A stretch of DNA of 64,000 nucleotides from Balanoglossus misakiensis (GCA_040954595.2 CM082586.2:2547124-2611123); one strand, 5' to 3'. Counted from the stretch's first letter, positions 11,351-25,031 are shown. A program made the numbers and translations. The notes: generated from the letters alone by a model not told the origin.

Positions 11351-14300
11351 ATGAGTCTTAGTCAGTTTGGACAGAAAAGGGTGAGTATATGATTGGAATA
11401 AAATGACGAGAGGAAAAAATCGAGGCTACTACACGTAGTATGTTTCATACCAATTGCATGTACATCTCTATCAACTGCAGCCTAAGCTGCCTGTGTGTCC
11501 AGTCAAAATACCACGGGCATTGGTTTTAGCATGGAGGTACTAATACCTCCATGGTTTTAGTGACTGTTCCTTTATGGAAATCTAAACAGCTATAACTATA
11601 CTTCGGTTTCTCCAGAAGAAACAGGCTGTTAGAAGATTGTCTGCTGGATCAGCAAAAAGACCACAATGGGGTAGAGGAGGATTTAAGAGAGGTAAGATGC
11701 ATGTTGCCATTGCATTTCATGTTCATGTATATTATACCTCGACTTCATTTACTCTGTACATGTTATCTACTGTCTGTGGTTAGTAGGGGCAGTACTATTC
11801 AGCAAGTCGTTGATGCAATCTTGGAATGTTCGGTTTCAGATGCTAGGGGACCACCTCAGGGAGCCCAGTACCCGACAAGAGAACCGCCCTCCTACCATGA
11901 TACATTCGGGGAAGGTGGTGACAGTGAAAACCTTGAACAGTTTGCAGGGTTCAGTGGCAGAGACCTGGGTGCCAATGAACAGGCCACGAAACTGAGCCCC
12001 AGGAAAACCTTGTTCCAGAGACCAGCTGAGCCCAGACGGCAACTGCCGCAGGACAGCTACGAGGAAGGAATCCAGCCGGATGACCTGTCTTCCCTGGAAA
12101 CGTTTGGGGAGATGTCTCCTCCGAAGAGAGAACGCGCGGTGAGGGCTTCTCCAGAGAGAAAAAGTAAAGGAAACCTCTTTGCCCAAGCCCTGGCTGGAGT
12201 GGCTAGAAGTACCGGAGTCACAGACAGAAAGGAATTGGAGAGAGACAAACCTTTGAGTAGAACAGAATCAGACAGGAATGAAACAGAGAAAGATACAGGT
12301 AAATGGCATTCAGGGGAGGACAATTGATTTCGGGGGGGGGGGGGGTGGATGGACGATATTTTGAAGAAAAAAATTGTAATGTTGTTAGCAGCGCGGTGGT
12401 TTACTTGAAAATGTTTGGTGTCTGAAAAGTTCAGCGGCGTTAAGATTATTTTGTTTTGCAGTTCCAGGAGAAAAGGGGTTTGTGAGAAAGGAAGAGTTGA
12501 ACACGAAGATATCATTGAGACTGAGAGGGATTCCTAATGTGCTCAACACTGGAGCCTTCCTCCGAAGCTATTATTCCAAGTTTGGTTCTCTGAAGAGAGT
12601 CTACACAAATCCTAAAAATGCATCAGCCATAGTGACATTTTATGATCATGTAAGTACGGTAACCACTGACATATTCATGAAAAAAATCACAATTTTTGTG
12701 AATGATATTAAAACATTTACTGTATAATTATTGTATGACTCTTGTATCTCCCAGATCTCTGCAGCAAAGGCCAAGAGTCATGGCAAACTACTGAAGAAGG
12801 GAACTCGGCCAATAGATATCTTCTGGAGTCAGTCACCCACCAGGAGAAGAAGTACAGCATCAGGTAGGCTGTTAGACCTGTTTAGGTTGACAAGTCCAGC
12901 AACCATTCTCTGTTGTGACATTGATATGAGGTTGCCTCCCGAAGACCGCTGTTCCATTCACTAACCATCTATCACATGGTTACACTGACTGATCTACATG
13001 TAGCTTCATTTGGTTAATTGGTGCTATGTCTTGTTAAGGGATGGAGAAGTCTCTTCTATCGTTTGATATTTCCCGTTTGTACTTTTTTCATCAGACAAAG
13101 ATGACTCCAGTGATAAGAATGTCAACGTCGTGACAACACAGCCACGACCTGAGGAGACGGCCAAGCCAGCCAGGGTTGTCACGGCAACATCAACAGCCGG
13201 TGCTCTGTCAAAAAGCAACGAAAAGAGAACACTGTTCCCTGACAGCAAACCAGTGCTGGCTACACCGGTGACTGAAGTGAGCTCTGGTACTTCATCTTTG
13301 ACTGGAATAAAAGCTGGTGAGTACATGTATGCAGCAAAGAGTTTGCCATGATGGGAAAAAGACTTTAATGTACATGGAAGTAGAGACAATATGCACGCCC
13401 ACACACATATAACAGATCATTCTCTGAAATCCACAGGACAGTTCTTAAAAGTAGTCATTTCTAATCATGAAATATGGTGCTTTCATGTCTTCATTTCTTT
13501 GTAAATACAGATCTGAGCTCACTGTCCCACCTCATCGGCAAAGTGGCAGTAACAGCAGCGGAGAAGTATGAAGTTCTTGAAGAGAGAGACAAAATCCTCC
13601 GTCAACGTAAGTACATGAGACTTACATATATGCATTGTCCAAACTGTCCAATATATACTTGTATGGACACAACCTCATTCTCTCCACTCTATGTCGATCT
13701 TTCTGGACCGCCATGAATTAATCTTGCTCATCTCTGAACAGATCGTAAGAAGACATCCAACATCAAGAACGTGAAAGCCACTACAGGGTCATGTCCCGAC
13801 ATGTGTCCTGAGAAGGAACGTTACATGAGACAGTACCGCAGACATCTTAGTTGCTTTGAAATCATTCCCGGTACAGACAACAAGGTAATGTCCTTGCTGA
13901 ATATCAACCACAGTTTGGCCCAACCCTTGTGAACAAGGGAAACTGGACCAAACTATATTGATTAAATTGTTGAACTAAGGTAAAATTGAAACCAGCACAC
14001 ACTGCTGAAAACTTAAATGAATATCAACATTACTGCGTCCTTTAATAATTTCCCGTTCCTTTCCATTGCAGGCAGCTGGTTTTTCAGATCCTCATGTAGA
14101 ACACAGCAAAGCCATCAAGGAGTACAGTAGATCATCTGCTGATCAGGTGAGTTGCCATGAGTCAATTTGAGGATTTCTAGAAATTTCTCTGATTCAGCTC
14201 TATACCTTTGCATGTAGTGTGGATAATTTCGTGAGTCACCAGTGAGTTTGTTGAGTCAGTAGCTCGTCATATGGGCACACTGATAATAACATTGTGTAAT

Positions 14301-17300
14301 TCTTTGTTCTGCTCCAGGAGCTTCCGTTGCCACACGAGCTGCGTCCAGCGCCGGTGTTGACCATGACCATGAACTATCTGCTTCACCACATCATGGACAA
14401 AGGGGAGGACAGACTGGCTGAGTGGTACGACTTCTTGTGGAACCGAACTAGGGGCATCAGAAAGGACATCACTCAACAAAATCTGACGGATGTCACTGCA
14501 GTCGCTCTTCTGGAGAAATGCTCAAGGTGGGGTCTCCATGAGTACATGTCTCTTCGCCTCCCACACACGTTATATAATGTTAGCTTAAACTGTATGTGGC
14601 GCGAGACTCAAATCATGCCAATGGTGAAATCTTTGTCTTGCAGATTCCACATTTACTGCGCCCATCGGCTGTGCGAAGAAGAAATGGGCGTCTTTGATCC
14701 CAAGATCAATGACGAAAACCTGACCAAGTGTTTGCAGAGTCTGGAGCACTTCTACTTTGATCTCAACAATGAGAACGTTCACTGCCACACGGAGGCAGAG
14801 TTCCGAGCTTATGATATATTGTTGAATCTCAATGAAGGTGATATTCTCAGGTAAATGATTAAGCAATAAAACACCCCCAGCCATGGTATATCACGAGATT
14901 TTGACCAGTTCACGACATATACGCACAAGCGATAGCGAGTGCGTATATGGAGTTGAACTGGTCAAAATCGAGTGGTATACCATGGCTGGGGGTGTTTTAT
15001 TGCTATTATATTATGCCAGTATATTGAAACTTTGCATAAAACATTTTAAAAAGGCATTTTCTTTAACTATGATATATGACTGTGGTATATGGCTAATATA
15101 TCACGGTCACGTGTCGTGTCTCGACCAATCAAATAGCGTGATTTACACCATCAATATACTGGTATAATATAATTGTTGTTATAGAATTAGTCAGAGTAGT
15201 GCATGTTGTTACTGCTGAATAGTGGGCATTTCTGAACAAAAAACTTAAACATAGGAAAATGCTTCGAGAACCTACAGCCTTGAAGTAGGTAGAATATTAT
15301 CACCTATATTCTAAAGTTTAATAGAAAACTTGTCCATGTTTCAGAAAAGTGCAGCTTTACCGTGAAGAGGTGCGTGAGTCAACGGACGTGAGGCAAGCAG
15401 TGGCAGCCTTCAATGCTGTCAACAGTAACAACTTTGTGAGATTTTTCAAAATCGTCAGGTGAGTGTTACTCCCAAATAATTTGGTATCATCCAAAGTACA
15501 TGAATGTGTGGATTCGTAAGGCTTTTCTATTATCAAACAGGGAGAGTCAGCTCTGTACAGTGTAGATTTGCCTGAGATCTTAATAACATTGTATGTGTAA
15601 TCTCTACACAGAGAAGCCAAGTACCTGAATGCCTGTATAATGCATCGTTATTTCACACAAGTCAGAAGTCGGGCCTTGAGTATCATGAACCGTGCCTATC
15701 GATCTCCCGTTCCCTCGTTCCCATTGCATGACTTCATCAGAATTCTCGGATTTGAAGATGCTTTAGAGGTAGGTATCAAATGAGTGTCTCACTCACTCAT
15801 TTCCCATTTTGATTGATGTTCATTATTTTGTAGTGAACAGACATTGTACAAAATGTATGTCATGTAAACATGTTACCACTATTACATGTTCTTGTTATCG
15901 AAACAGGCAACACATTTCTGTGTGAAGCATGGATTGACAGTCGCGGAAGACACCATTCACTTCGACCGAGCTGGGTTCATCAAACCTGAGGATTCCCTCT
16001 TGGCTGCAAGGTCGCTGGTGATCATTGAGGAGAAGAAATTTGGCAGTGTTGCAGAGGTAACTATTTCCCCCCCCCACCCCCACCCCTCTCATTGCTCTGG
16101 CTGTGGTTTGTACATGTGGTGAAGTTTTTCAACTTTTTTGAACTGATTGTCATCATCAGAGTAAAAGTTATCTGAATTGATGTTGTTTTGTTTTTTCAGG
16201 TTGTCAACGGTGAGCCACTATGTCCTTTCGAGCAGCCGACACCCGTGTGTAGTTTTGATGCAATGGACAGATTTGTGGGCGATGCCAGTGTTTCATTACC
16301 AGGTGAGAACACAATCAATATGCAAATATAATGTACATCTCACGACTAATTGAGTCACTGTTGATTACACTGGCCATGGGTTAGGTGCATGCTAGGCTAA
16401 AAAATGTCCAATAATTTTGTTTTTCAGCAATGATGCCAACAGCGGGTGGTCATGTACATGTTAGTCCTGCCCCCCAGCCCCATGTAGTAGTGCCCACCCC
16501 TACTCCCACAGCGGTGTTCAACAATGAGGTAAGTATCTGAAGAAGTACAGTCACACATGTGTTAGTGGCCACCTCTATATAGTGGTCACTTAGTTACAGT
16601 CCCTGTGCATTTACATGTACACTAATGACCTGTCTTTAAAGGCCACCTGTCTATAAAAGACAGGTGCTTAAAGACGGGTGTGAAATAATATTTTATTTTT
16701 CACCTTCAGATTGTCAAGGACATCACCAGGGAACTGTTCATCGAAGTGATCAACGAATTCGCCCAAGAAGTCAGTTCCATGTACGTCCACATGGCTCAGG
16801 TGCTTCTCAGCTCTTCCCATGATGCAGCGGTGACAGTGACCAATGAAGTCACTCAGAGGATGACCCAAGAAGTTGTTGAAGAAACGATTATGGTGGAAAT
16901 ACAGAAGGAGGAGAATGAAAGGTAGAAGAGCCATTGCACGTGACATGCTCTTACTTTTAGTGTCTGTCCAGAACAATTACAAAACAGACATGCAGTGATG
17001 AAAAGCATAATACAGTTGAAAATCGTTTTGATCTTTCCAGGATAGCGGCTGAATTGGCTGCTGAGAAAGAAGCTAGCAAACAAACAGCAATTCAAGAAAT
17101 TGGTGATGAGATTTTGGAAAATGTTCTCAGAGAGGAGTTGGATTATGTTGCAGAGATGAAAATGAGGTACGGTTATTTGTCTTTGGGATTTGGGCCATCC
17201 CATGCAGAAAGGGGTCTTATAGGTCTGTTTCTGTATGTGCTACATTACCTCTGTTGCTCTATGTAATGACAGGAATGTTATTTTTTTTCTTCTTCACAGA

Positions 17301-20300
17301 GAGATTAAAGAAACCTTGAATCAAGAAAGTCTGATGAGATCGACCGAGAGAGCAACAGACGAGCTGGTGACATCGTTTGTGGACACAGAGTGTGAATGCA
17401 TCACTCATGAGGTCATCAGGGAGAGCATCGAGATGAGAGATGAAAAGCTGGCCGAGATCGAGAAAATGGTACAGCTGATGATTTTGTCAAGATTCTTCAA
17501 AAAGTGAGTCAAATAGGCTTTAGTTATTTACATGTCGGTGTTACCATAGAAATTGGAAATAAAACCCATCACACATTTTCACCTTTATGACATCATCTTT
17601 GCAGATGGAAAAATGAATATATAGGAAGACAGCGTCTCAAACGGGACATGCTGACTTTTCCTTCAGCGCCAAAGTCCCTCACTGCCTCAGAACAAGTGGA
17701 GATCCTGTCGCCCTGGCAACAAGCCGTCCAGCGTCCGATATCAAGCTCGTGTATGTCCCTCAACAAAAGAGCCAGGTTGTCAATCGAGTCTCCAGTCAGG
17801 TGAGACAAGAAATAACAAACACTTTTGTTGTCTTGTATGCATTGCGCAGTTTATTTGTGAATGAAACTGTATACATTGTTGCTGTCAAGTTAGCAAGTGT
17901 GTCACCTCTTAGTGTAGCTGAAACTGTTTTCTGTGTCTGTTGATGCAGAATTTTGTGAGAACACTCTACCCAAATAATCAGACTCTCCTCTCACTTTTAC
18001 TTCATCCTTAGCATCGAAGCCAACAGAATACAGATGTCGCACAGAATGATTCTCCATCATTACAAGAACCTCTTGAAACAGCAGAAGGCTTGGCTGCCTC
18101 TAGATCTGCCACAGATCCTGGCCAGGGAGCTTCCCGGTCATTCTAAGCATCGAACACGTCAGTACTTCTGGAAAATTGTGTTGTCTCTGCCAGAGCAAGA
18201 AGGTTGCCATGACAGGGATGTGTTGGTGGAGTGGATTGAAAACAAACTAACGAGGGGAAAACCCCAAGAAGAGAGCAATAGGAAGGTAACAGCGTTGATT
18301 GCATGTCCAGCATATGTAACAAACTACTAAGTGATGTAATAGGTCATCAGGCGCTCAGAGTTGCAAAGGGCATAGTACAACTGTATATTCAAACAAATAT
18401 TTTTGTGTTGTGTTTTTTCAGATCAAGACACTGAGTCTTTACACCAGTGAAGTTGATCGCATTGAGAAGACGGCTGTTAGTATTTGTACAAAGGTCAGTG
18501 TTTCCAATTTATATCAGTCTGAACTGTCAAGACTGCCTGACTGAGAGAAAGCACATGTGTACATATTTTTGATGCCAAAATGAAACCCAAGAATTCAGTG
18601 TAAAATTGCTAAAGTTGTGTTCTCTTACTGTAGTCTGTTCAAGGTGCAGTGTTGAATTTTGACAGACAACATACTCTGGGAGTCTTAGGTTTAATTCTGG
18701 CGTTACCACCATTACCAGAAATGCAGTATGAACAAGTAAGTTTTTACGAAATCTTAATTGTGTCCTTTGTGTGGTCTGATGTTGTATAAAAGACAATTCA
18801 GCCATAGGAACTGGTAGTTGATCTTGTGATAATGTTTTCCTTCACTGGTTGATATTTTATGGCAAGGGAATGTATCTCATTTTACAGGAATACTGGACTG
18901 CAAGCCACGCAAGACTCAGATCTCTCCTGGAGAACAAACCACCGGACCCAGCGATTCCTCTGCTGGTTTTACTGCTTGACTGGCCGGCCACCAGCAGTGT
19001 TCAATACAGATGTGTGCAAGGCTTGCAGCTGGAGAGATACAAAGAAAATCGCTTGATATCTGTGTATAGCATCGTGTTGATTTGTGGTGATGTGGTGGAC
19101 CCTTCTACAGGGCAAGAGGTAAGAGTGAGGGGAATGAACATTTTAGGGATAGGAGGGGGGGGGGAAGGGGTGAAGGATTGCATGACTTGTATTTTGCTGC
19201 AGAATATGAGACTGAAGAGATATGGAAAAAAATTATGAGGGCTGACCGAATTATATTGCATTTTCTCTTGCAGTTTTCAGACTGTATCAGATGGTTGGGT
19301 AAATTCCTACCAGCACAGCCGACATTGACAGCCAGTCCGTTACAAGACTATATCGAGTCTGGCATTCTGCAGTACTTCACAACTCCACTGTTACAGGAAA
19401 CTTTTGAGAAGAAGGATTACTATCAAAACAATCAGGTACTGGAGAATTGTAAAACACACCTCTGAATGAATACCAGTGTTCCAAGCAGGAAGAGATCTGA
19501 TAATCACAAATTGTTCTGTAATCTTTTGCAAGTTTAAAGGATGAGAAACTTAAGCTAATGTACACCTTGTGTATGTCTTTTCATGTTGCAGAATCCCAAC
19601 CGGTATATACAGATGTACAATCAAGTTTTAGAGCACCTGGCATCTGTGATCACGTCAGATAAACTCCAGAACATCTCCTGGCCTGTACCTGAATTTACAA
19701 CCCTGCATCATGAACCGGGTGAGAATTAAACTTTGTGTGCTGATGTTGCTTCAACTCATTTCTGAGTCTCTGTCAAGTACCCGCAAAAATATCAACCAGA
19801 ACGTAATTCCTTTTTACTTTTTTGGCAGAACTGCCACGCACTGGTTGGAACTCCTGTGAAACACTGGACAGACTCAAGCAGCATCTACGTTCTTGTCATT
19901 TACCATCACTGCCACCGTTGCCAATGACAGGTACAGTACAGATCAGAACTATGTTTCCAACAGTGTTACCTTTGTGCTAACCCAAGGCCAGGCCAACCTG
20001 GGTTAGCAAATTTTAGCAGCTCATTGTCTCATCTCATTAACAATGCAGACTACTATAGCATTTGTGACCTAAATATTCACTTTCTATCATGCTACACTAT
20101 ATTTTCCATCAGCTCAATGGGCAGACGTCTGGAAGTACACCTTCTCATTCCTGGAACAGTTATCCAAACCAGAAAGTCAGGAAAACAGTGCCTTGCTTTC
20201 AAGGTGTGTGGACAAATATTTTATACAGTTCCTGTAGATTGTGCAGTTGTCGACTGTTACAGAATGCAGTTTTCTAAAGAATTCATTGTCTCAATAGTTT

Positions 20301-21624
20301 GACTTGAAATCACTCATTATTGTTGTGCTTGACACTTTATACAGAGTAAAGTGGTTGCTGAACCGAGCGTATGATGAGTATCAGTATTCAGATTTACTGG
20401 CGGAACCCTCTCCTGCTGCTGAGATATCCCCGTGGAAGTACATGCCCTGGAACCTGATTATAGAGGCTTGTGTTGGTCATGTGATCAGCAAAGTCACAGA
20501 AGCATTTTCAGGTAAGTTTTCCAGTGTGTACAGTTCTTTCCCTTGAGGAATCATCAGTACATGGTTCTGCATTGTACATTGCATTTCAGATACAAATAAA
20601 ATTTGTACAAAGAGTAACATGCTTTGGATATCCTTTCTTCAATCTGCAGATAAAACATCTAGAAGTGAAGTAGTCTGGGTGTACTACTACCAGGATCTGT
20701 TAAGGAAGTACTCTCCACCTGTGTTGCCCCTGGTTACCATGTCTGATGTAGCAGAGTAAGTGTGGAATCTTCATGAAAATCAAACCAGTGAATAATTTGA
20801 AGTTATTGATAGTGCTCTCAACCTCAGTAATGACATTGCCCTTTATAATTCTATTTTCAGTCAAAATGAAGTGGAAGAAATTGAGACATTGCCAAGCACG
20901 ACTTTGCCGCAAGAAGTTAGATTTGATGAATCCGCAAGACAGAGATCCATGTTGCACAGCAGATGTGAGAGTCCACAGTTTGAAGAAACGATGATATCGA
21001 TGCAAGATCTTGAACAGCGGATGTTACAAGAAAAGCAACAGTTGAACAGGTGAGGTGCAAGAGTGAAGCTCGTTTTGTAGATATTTATTCAATCGAGTGA
21101 CCCCAAATGTTCCATGCAGTACCACAGAAAGAATAAGGAAAAAAGGGAATGCCAGTCCAAGTGTACTCAGAAAGGTCAAATTTATTGTGCAGTTCAAGAA
21201 ATGAATATATTTGTGTAACATACACGGTTTTCCTTTGCCTTGCAGTTATGATGAGCAGCTTCGGAAATGGTTAGAAGGGGAGACGTATGAACCAACACCA
21301 GTCACTCCGTCAGTACGACATCAACTTGAACATGTAAGCAGTTTCTCTGTTTGTAGCATATTTCGAGTGAGCTCCCGTTACATGGCAGCGATCAGACCCA
21401 AACACTGTTGGAGAAACACACACACAAGGGGACATACCATCTTGGCAGACACTGATTACTTTCTTTGATTGAACTGACAGGATGAACAAGAAGACTCGGA
21501 CAGATGGAGGTTATCAGGAGGGAGTATCATGGAGAGGTTACAAGAGCTGGAATCACAACTCAGCCGGAGCAAGCGAGATGAGGAAATCATGGAGATGAAT
21601 CTGACCTCATTGACTAATTATTAA
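11351..21624 (+). CDS. MCM3AP: Germinal-centre associated nuclear protein (GANP/MCM3AP, Sac3/Xmas-2 family, TREX-2 scaffold), about 33 exons
   Basis: Probable first exon 11351-11380 ([10 protein letters not shown], then GTGAGT). RRM-like exons at ~12462-12862. Sac3/GANP domain motifs [13 protein letters not shown] (~13786), [64 protein letters not shown]-terminal MCM3AP-like region ([17 protein letters not shown]). Last exon 21481-21624 ends in TAA. Confidence 0.95.
14862..15173. mobile_element. Non-autonomous DNA element built from two adjacent inverted-repeat pairs, in a GANP intron
   Basis: A ~65-bp arm at 14862-14926 pairs with 14939-15004. A second 23-bp inverted repeat at 15005-15027 pairs with 15151-15173 with one mismatch. 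Confidence 0.75.
16546..16663. mobile_element. Degenerate MITE-like fragment with repeated GGCCACCT..TAT motif
   Basis: Begins TACAGTC; internal repeats ggccacctctatatag, gacctgtctttaaag and ggccacctgtctataa resemble Tc1/mariner-type MITE subrepeats. Family assignment is inference. Confidence 0.45.
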
Positions 21625-22597
21625 CCCTTTCACCCCAGTGAAAATGATGATAGAAAACAGTATTTTCAATTATTTAGCAAAACAAGGAAGTATTGAAATG
21701 AATTTATTTCCATTGAAATCATGATTGAGGAAACAAATTTACTGCTAAATTAATGTGACCAACATACAGACTTTTGAATGACCTACTTACTTTTGAACTG
21801 TATTTTTCTTTTGACATGTAAAGTACACTTTGCTACTTTCATATTCTATATGGTAATAAATGAGATAGCGTTTACAGTACTTGTCAACCAATATGTGGTC
21901 TTTGTGCTTTTTATGTCAAGATTCTGGCTTGTAACATTTTTATTCCTTCAGCAAAAAGGGGGAAATTCCCTTTATTACATATATAGTATATCACAATAGA
22001 CCTGTACGAATTCGTACACATTTTACATCATACTAGGGTGTCAAATCATTAATTGCATTATGGGTAAAAAGTGGACAACATGTTGGCCAATGATGAATCT
22101 ATCCATGGCTGTCATTGGCCAGATAATCAAGAGTTCTGATTGGTGAGTATGTATTCCTTGTATTGGATTACTTGAGATTTAAGATGAAGAACTTGCTTCA
22201 TCTATGGATAACACGAAACAAAACTGTATTTCTGGAATTGTCTGGCAAACCATGTTCTGAAGGGTCTGTACTTCAACATGGCAGAAATCCGCCATCTTTA
22301 AATTCTGTCTACCACGTGTGTTTTTATCACTCACCTAGGTAGCAAAAAAGTTTGGTACTCAGATCAATAGAAAGCACCGTTTGTCCCAGTTTTAAATATA
22401 TAAATATGATTTTAAATAAATAGATAAATAAATAAAGCCTTGCAGCATGGCTTTTTGTATTTCTAAAAAACTACTAGGCAAGTTTTTTTCTCTCTCCGTC
22501 AGGTCCAAAGTTATTTACACATTATTTGTTATTTACACAATACACATATTGCTTTTTGTCATTCCGTTCAACAGTGTCCCGACCAAGTCAGTATGGG

Positions 22598-23890
22598 TTA
22601 ACTTGGTGAACTAGATGTACTCCTTGGTGTTCCAGTGTCCCGTTTTGGCAGAATCGGTGAGTCTGGTTGATTCTTCAAGACATCCGCAACTTTCTCGGCC
22701 GTGCACAAGCACGGCAGTCTCAAGTCCGCCAGCGCCCTCATAAGCGCCTGTGCGGTGTTGTCTACAGTCGTGTCCCTCCAACACTGCAAAAGTGCCATCA
22801 TTTTGAAGTTTTTAGTGATTATCGGGCTTTTCTCCAATTTGACAAGAGTCCTGCTGCTTACCCCTAGTTTCGCGCCAAGACTAAAGTAGTATTTAGGGTC
22901 CAGGAGTGTCGATATTGAAAATAAGTCGTCATCACTAAGGGCGTCTTCCTCCGCTTCGGCATCTGAAACCATAGAGACCAAAATTCACAAGATAAAGTTA
23001 CCATGGCAAACTGAGATCTAGCCAATCAGAGATTGTCAGTGGGTGGCACAGGCGAAAAAAAGAGCGTCTCCACATGTTCTTCAGAACACCCAGATGCAGC
23101 ATTTCAGCCTAGCATGGGCGTATGCACATTGGAGGACAATCGAGAGGATGACCGATAGGGGAGATACTATAAAGAAGCGATTGTGTGTGCGCGTGTCATT
23201 TGAAAGAGACAATATTCGGCCTGCTTGTATCAGAGTGCAAAATTGTGCGCAAAACCATGGACGACAAAAAATCAAGCCGCACCTGCGGTATTTGTCTCCG
23301 GCGCCGTCACGGTTTTCAACCTCTCAACCGCCTCTACAACATCAGCAGCATGGAGCGCCCTCATCAGTTGATCCACCTTGCTCTTCTCTGTGCTCCTCTC
23401 TTTCCATAGCAACAGCATCTGAAATCGCTGTTCCAGCGCCGGGAAATATTCGTTCTCGATGCGTTCCCTTTCCTCGGCGTCAATCCCAAGCTTCTCTACG
23501 ACCAACGCGTATTCGTTATCTCTCAGTAATGTAGCAATCTCCCGCAAGAAACTTCTGTCCAGAATGTCCACGTACTTAATATCGCCTGTAAAACGATTAA
23601 ACAATACCACTATTGTATAGTCCACGTAAACTTGACTTGTCTAGTTAATTAACGCTTAAGACATGAACATTTAGGCTGCAAAACAGATAATTAACAATAG
23701 TGCGGATTTAGGACCATTAAAGAAAATACGTTTTTGTACTGTATATTATAGACACGCGATAGCTTGTATTAAAGTATTTTGAAATGTCAAACGTCCGTCT
23801 TTGAAAGCCACAACCTCCATAAACAACCGAAATATTGAACATACCGCGGACTTTTCGCTCTAGTCTCGCCGCAAAACTTGTCGTTGTCAT
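22598..23890 (-). CDS. Tandem death-domain (DD-DD) adaptor protein, 237 aa, 3 exons
   Basis: Exons 23890-23845, 23585-23283, 22962-22598 (714 nt, both introns phase 1, GT-AG). Exons 2 and 3 each encode a death-domain pattern: KLGI...IE...FQMLLLWKER...LMRALH and KLGVS...LE...ALLQCWRD...LMRALAD. Confidence 0.82.
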
Positions 23891-23988
23891 CTTCAAATCG
23901 TTGTGAACTGCACGTGTCAAGTCGAAGGTGCGCTCATCACTTTATGTAGGTTTCGGCTGAACGCGTCTCTTATTGTACCTTTCTCGGA

Positions 23989-23996
23989 TGACGTCA
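23989..23996. promoter_or_regulatory. Palindromic CRE/ATF site upstream of the death-domain gene
   Basis: ATGACGTCAT about 100 bp 5' of the ATG at 23890; a TATAAAA on the - strand lies at ~24071-24077. Confidence 0.4.
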
Positions 23997-25031
23997 TCAT
24001 ACACCCACTGCGTCCCTGGTGATTGTACGGGCCAGTCTGCCCGTTCCGCTAATTACAGTAGTAAACACCCTTTTATAATATCCAATTGTTGTGGCTACTG
24101 TATTGCGGACAGTTGATAGCTAGAATGTTGACGCCGACAGCTCACAAGGACAGATAACTGAAACCCGTAAACTTTTGTCTTCGTCTCTCTGTGGTGTAAA
24201 TATTTGCAATGTCAAGGCCATGTGAACAATAGAAAGTGGACGCCCAGCCTTTCGATAACTTGGAGCACACATTACGCATGTCGGAGTTGGCCTGGCAACC
24301 GTCACTCCAAGGACCCCAAACTTTATTTCGTGGTTCAGCCAAATCCTGATTCAGTTCAGGCCCAGTGAATTAAAACTGACAAATGCTAATATTCCCATGG
24401 GGCAAAGGGTCTCTCCTGATGACACTGATTACCTTGACAGTTATATGTGTGAACATCTATTGTTGTCCGCTCCATTGAAACGCTGCTAGACTTCAAGTGC
24501 GATCATTCCGCAAGACAGGCATCACCAAGGCTTTCAGCTCAGTGAGCCTGGAAATGTTTGGGGAACGACAATGCCAAGGGCAAAGTCGGGTCATTGCCAT
24601 GGATGACAAAATACATGTATTGATTGGACTTCCTGTTGATATACGTCATGATCAAGGTTGTCTCTTATTTCATATACTGGTATTCGTAGTGGCATCAGTG
24701 TGTGTGTGTATTTCAGCCTGTCCATGTCAACTACATGTACATGTATTTGCACATATGCTTGTCTTGTATGTAATGCAACGCTACACATTTTAATCTGATT
24801 CTTTCATCAAAATATTTGGCTTATGGCCGACTCATGAGCCAATGGAATGATACATTTACCACCACAAAAAGATGAATACAGCATAAAAAGATGTGGTTTA
24901 TTGTTCTCAAAACTGAATCTGCCAGCTCATTCTGTGTCAGAAAGTGTCTCTGGTCTGTGATAACTGATCCAATTACAGGCAGATGGGTATTTGGAGAATT
25001 CGGACTATAACAGGTGTGATCCAGGCAACTT

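Noticed and set aside
20628-20636. ATATCCTTT resembling a U12-type 5' splice site in GANP
   Set aside because: It lies in the pyrimidine tract of an ordinary GT-AG intron whose flanking exons already join in frame.
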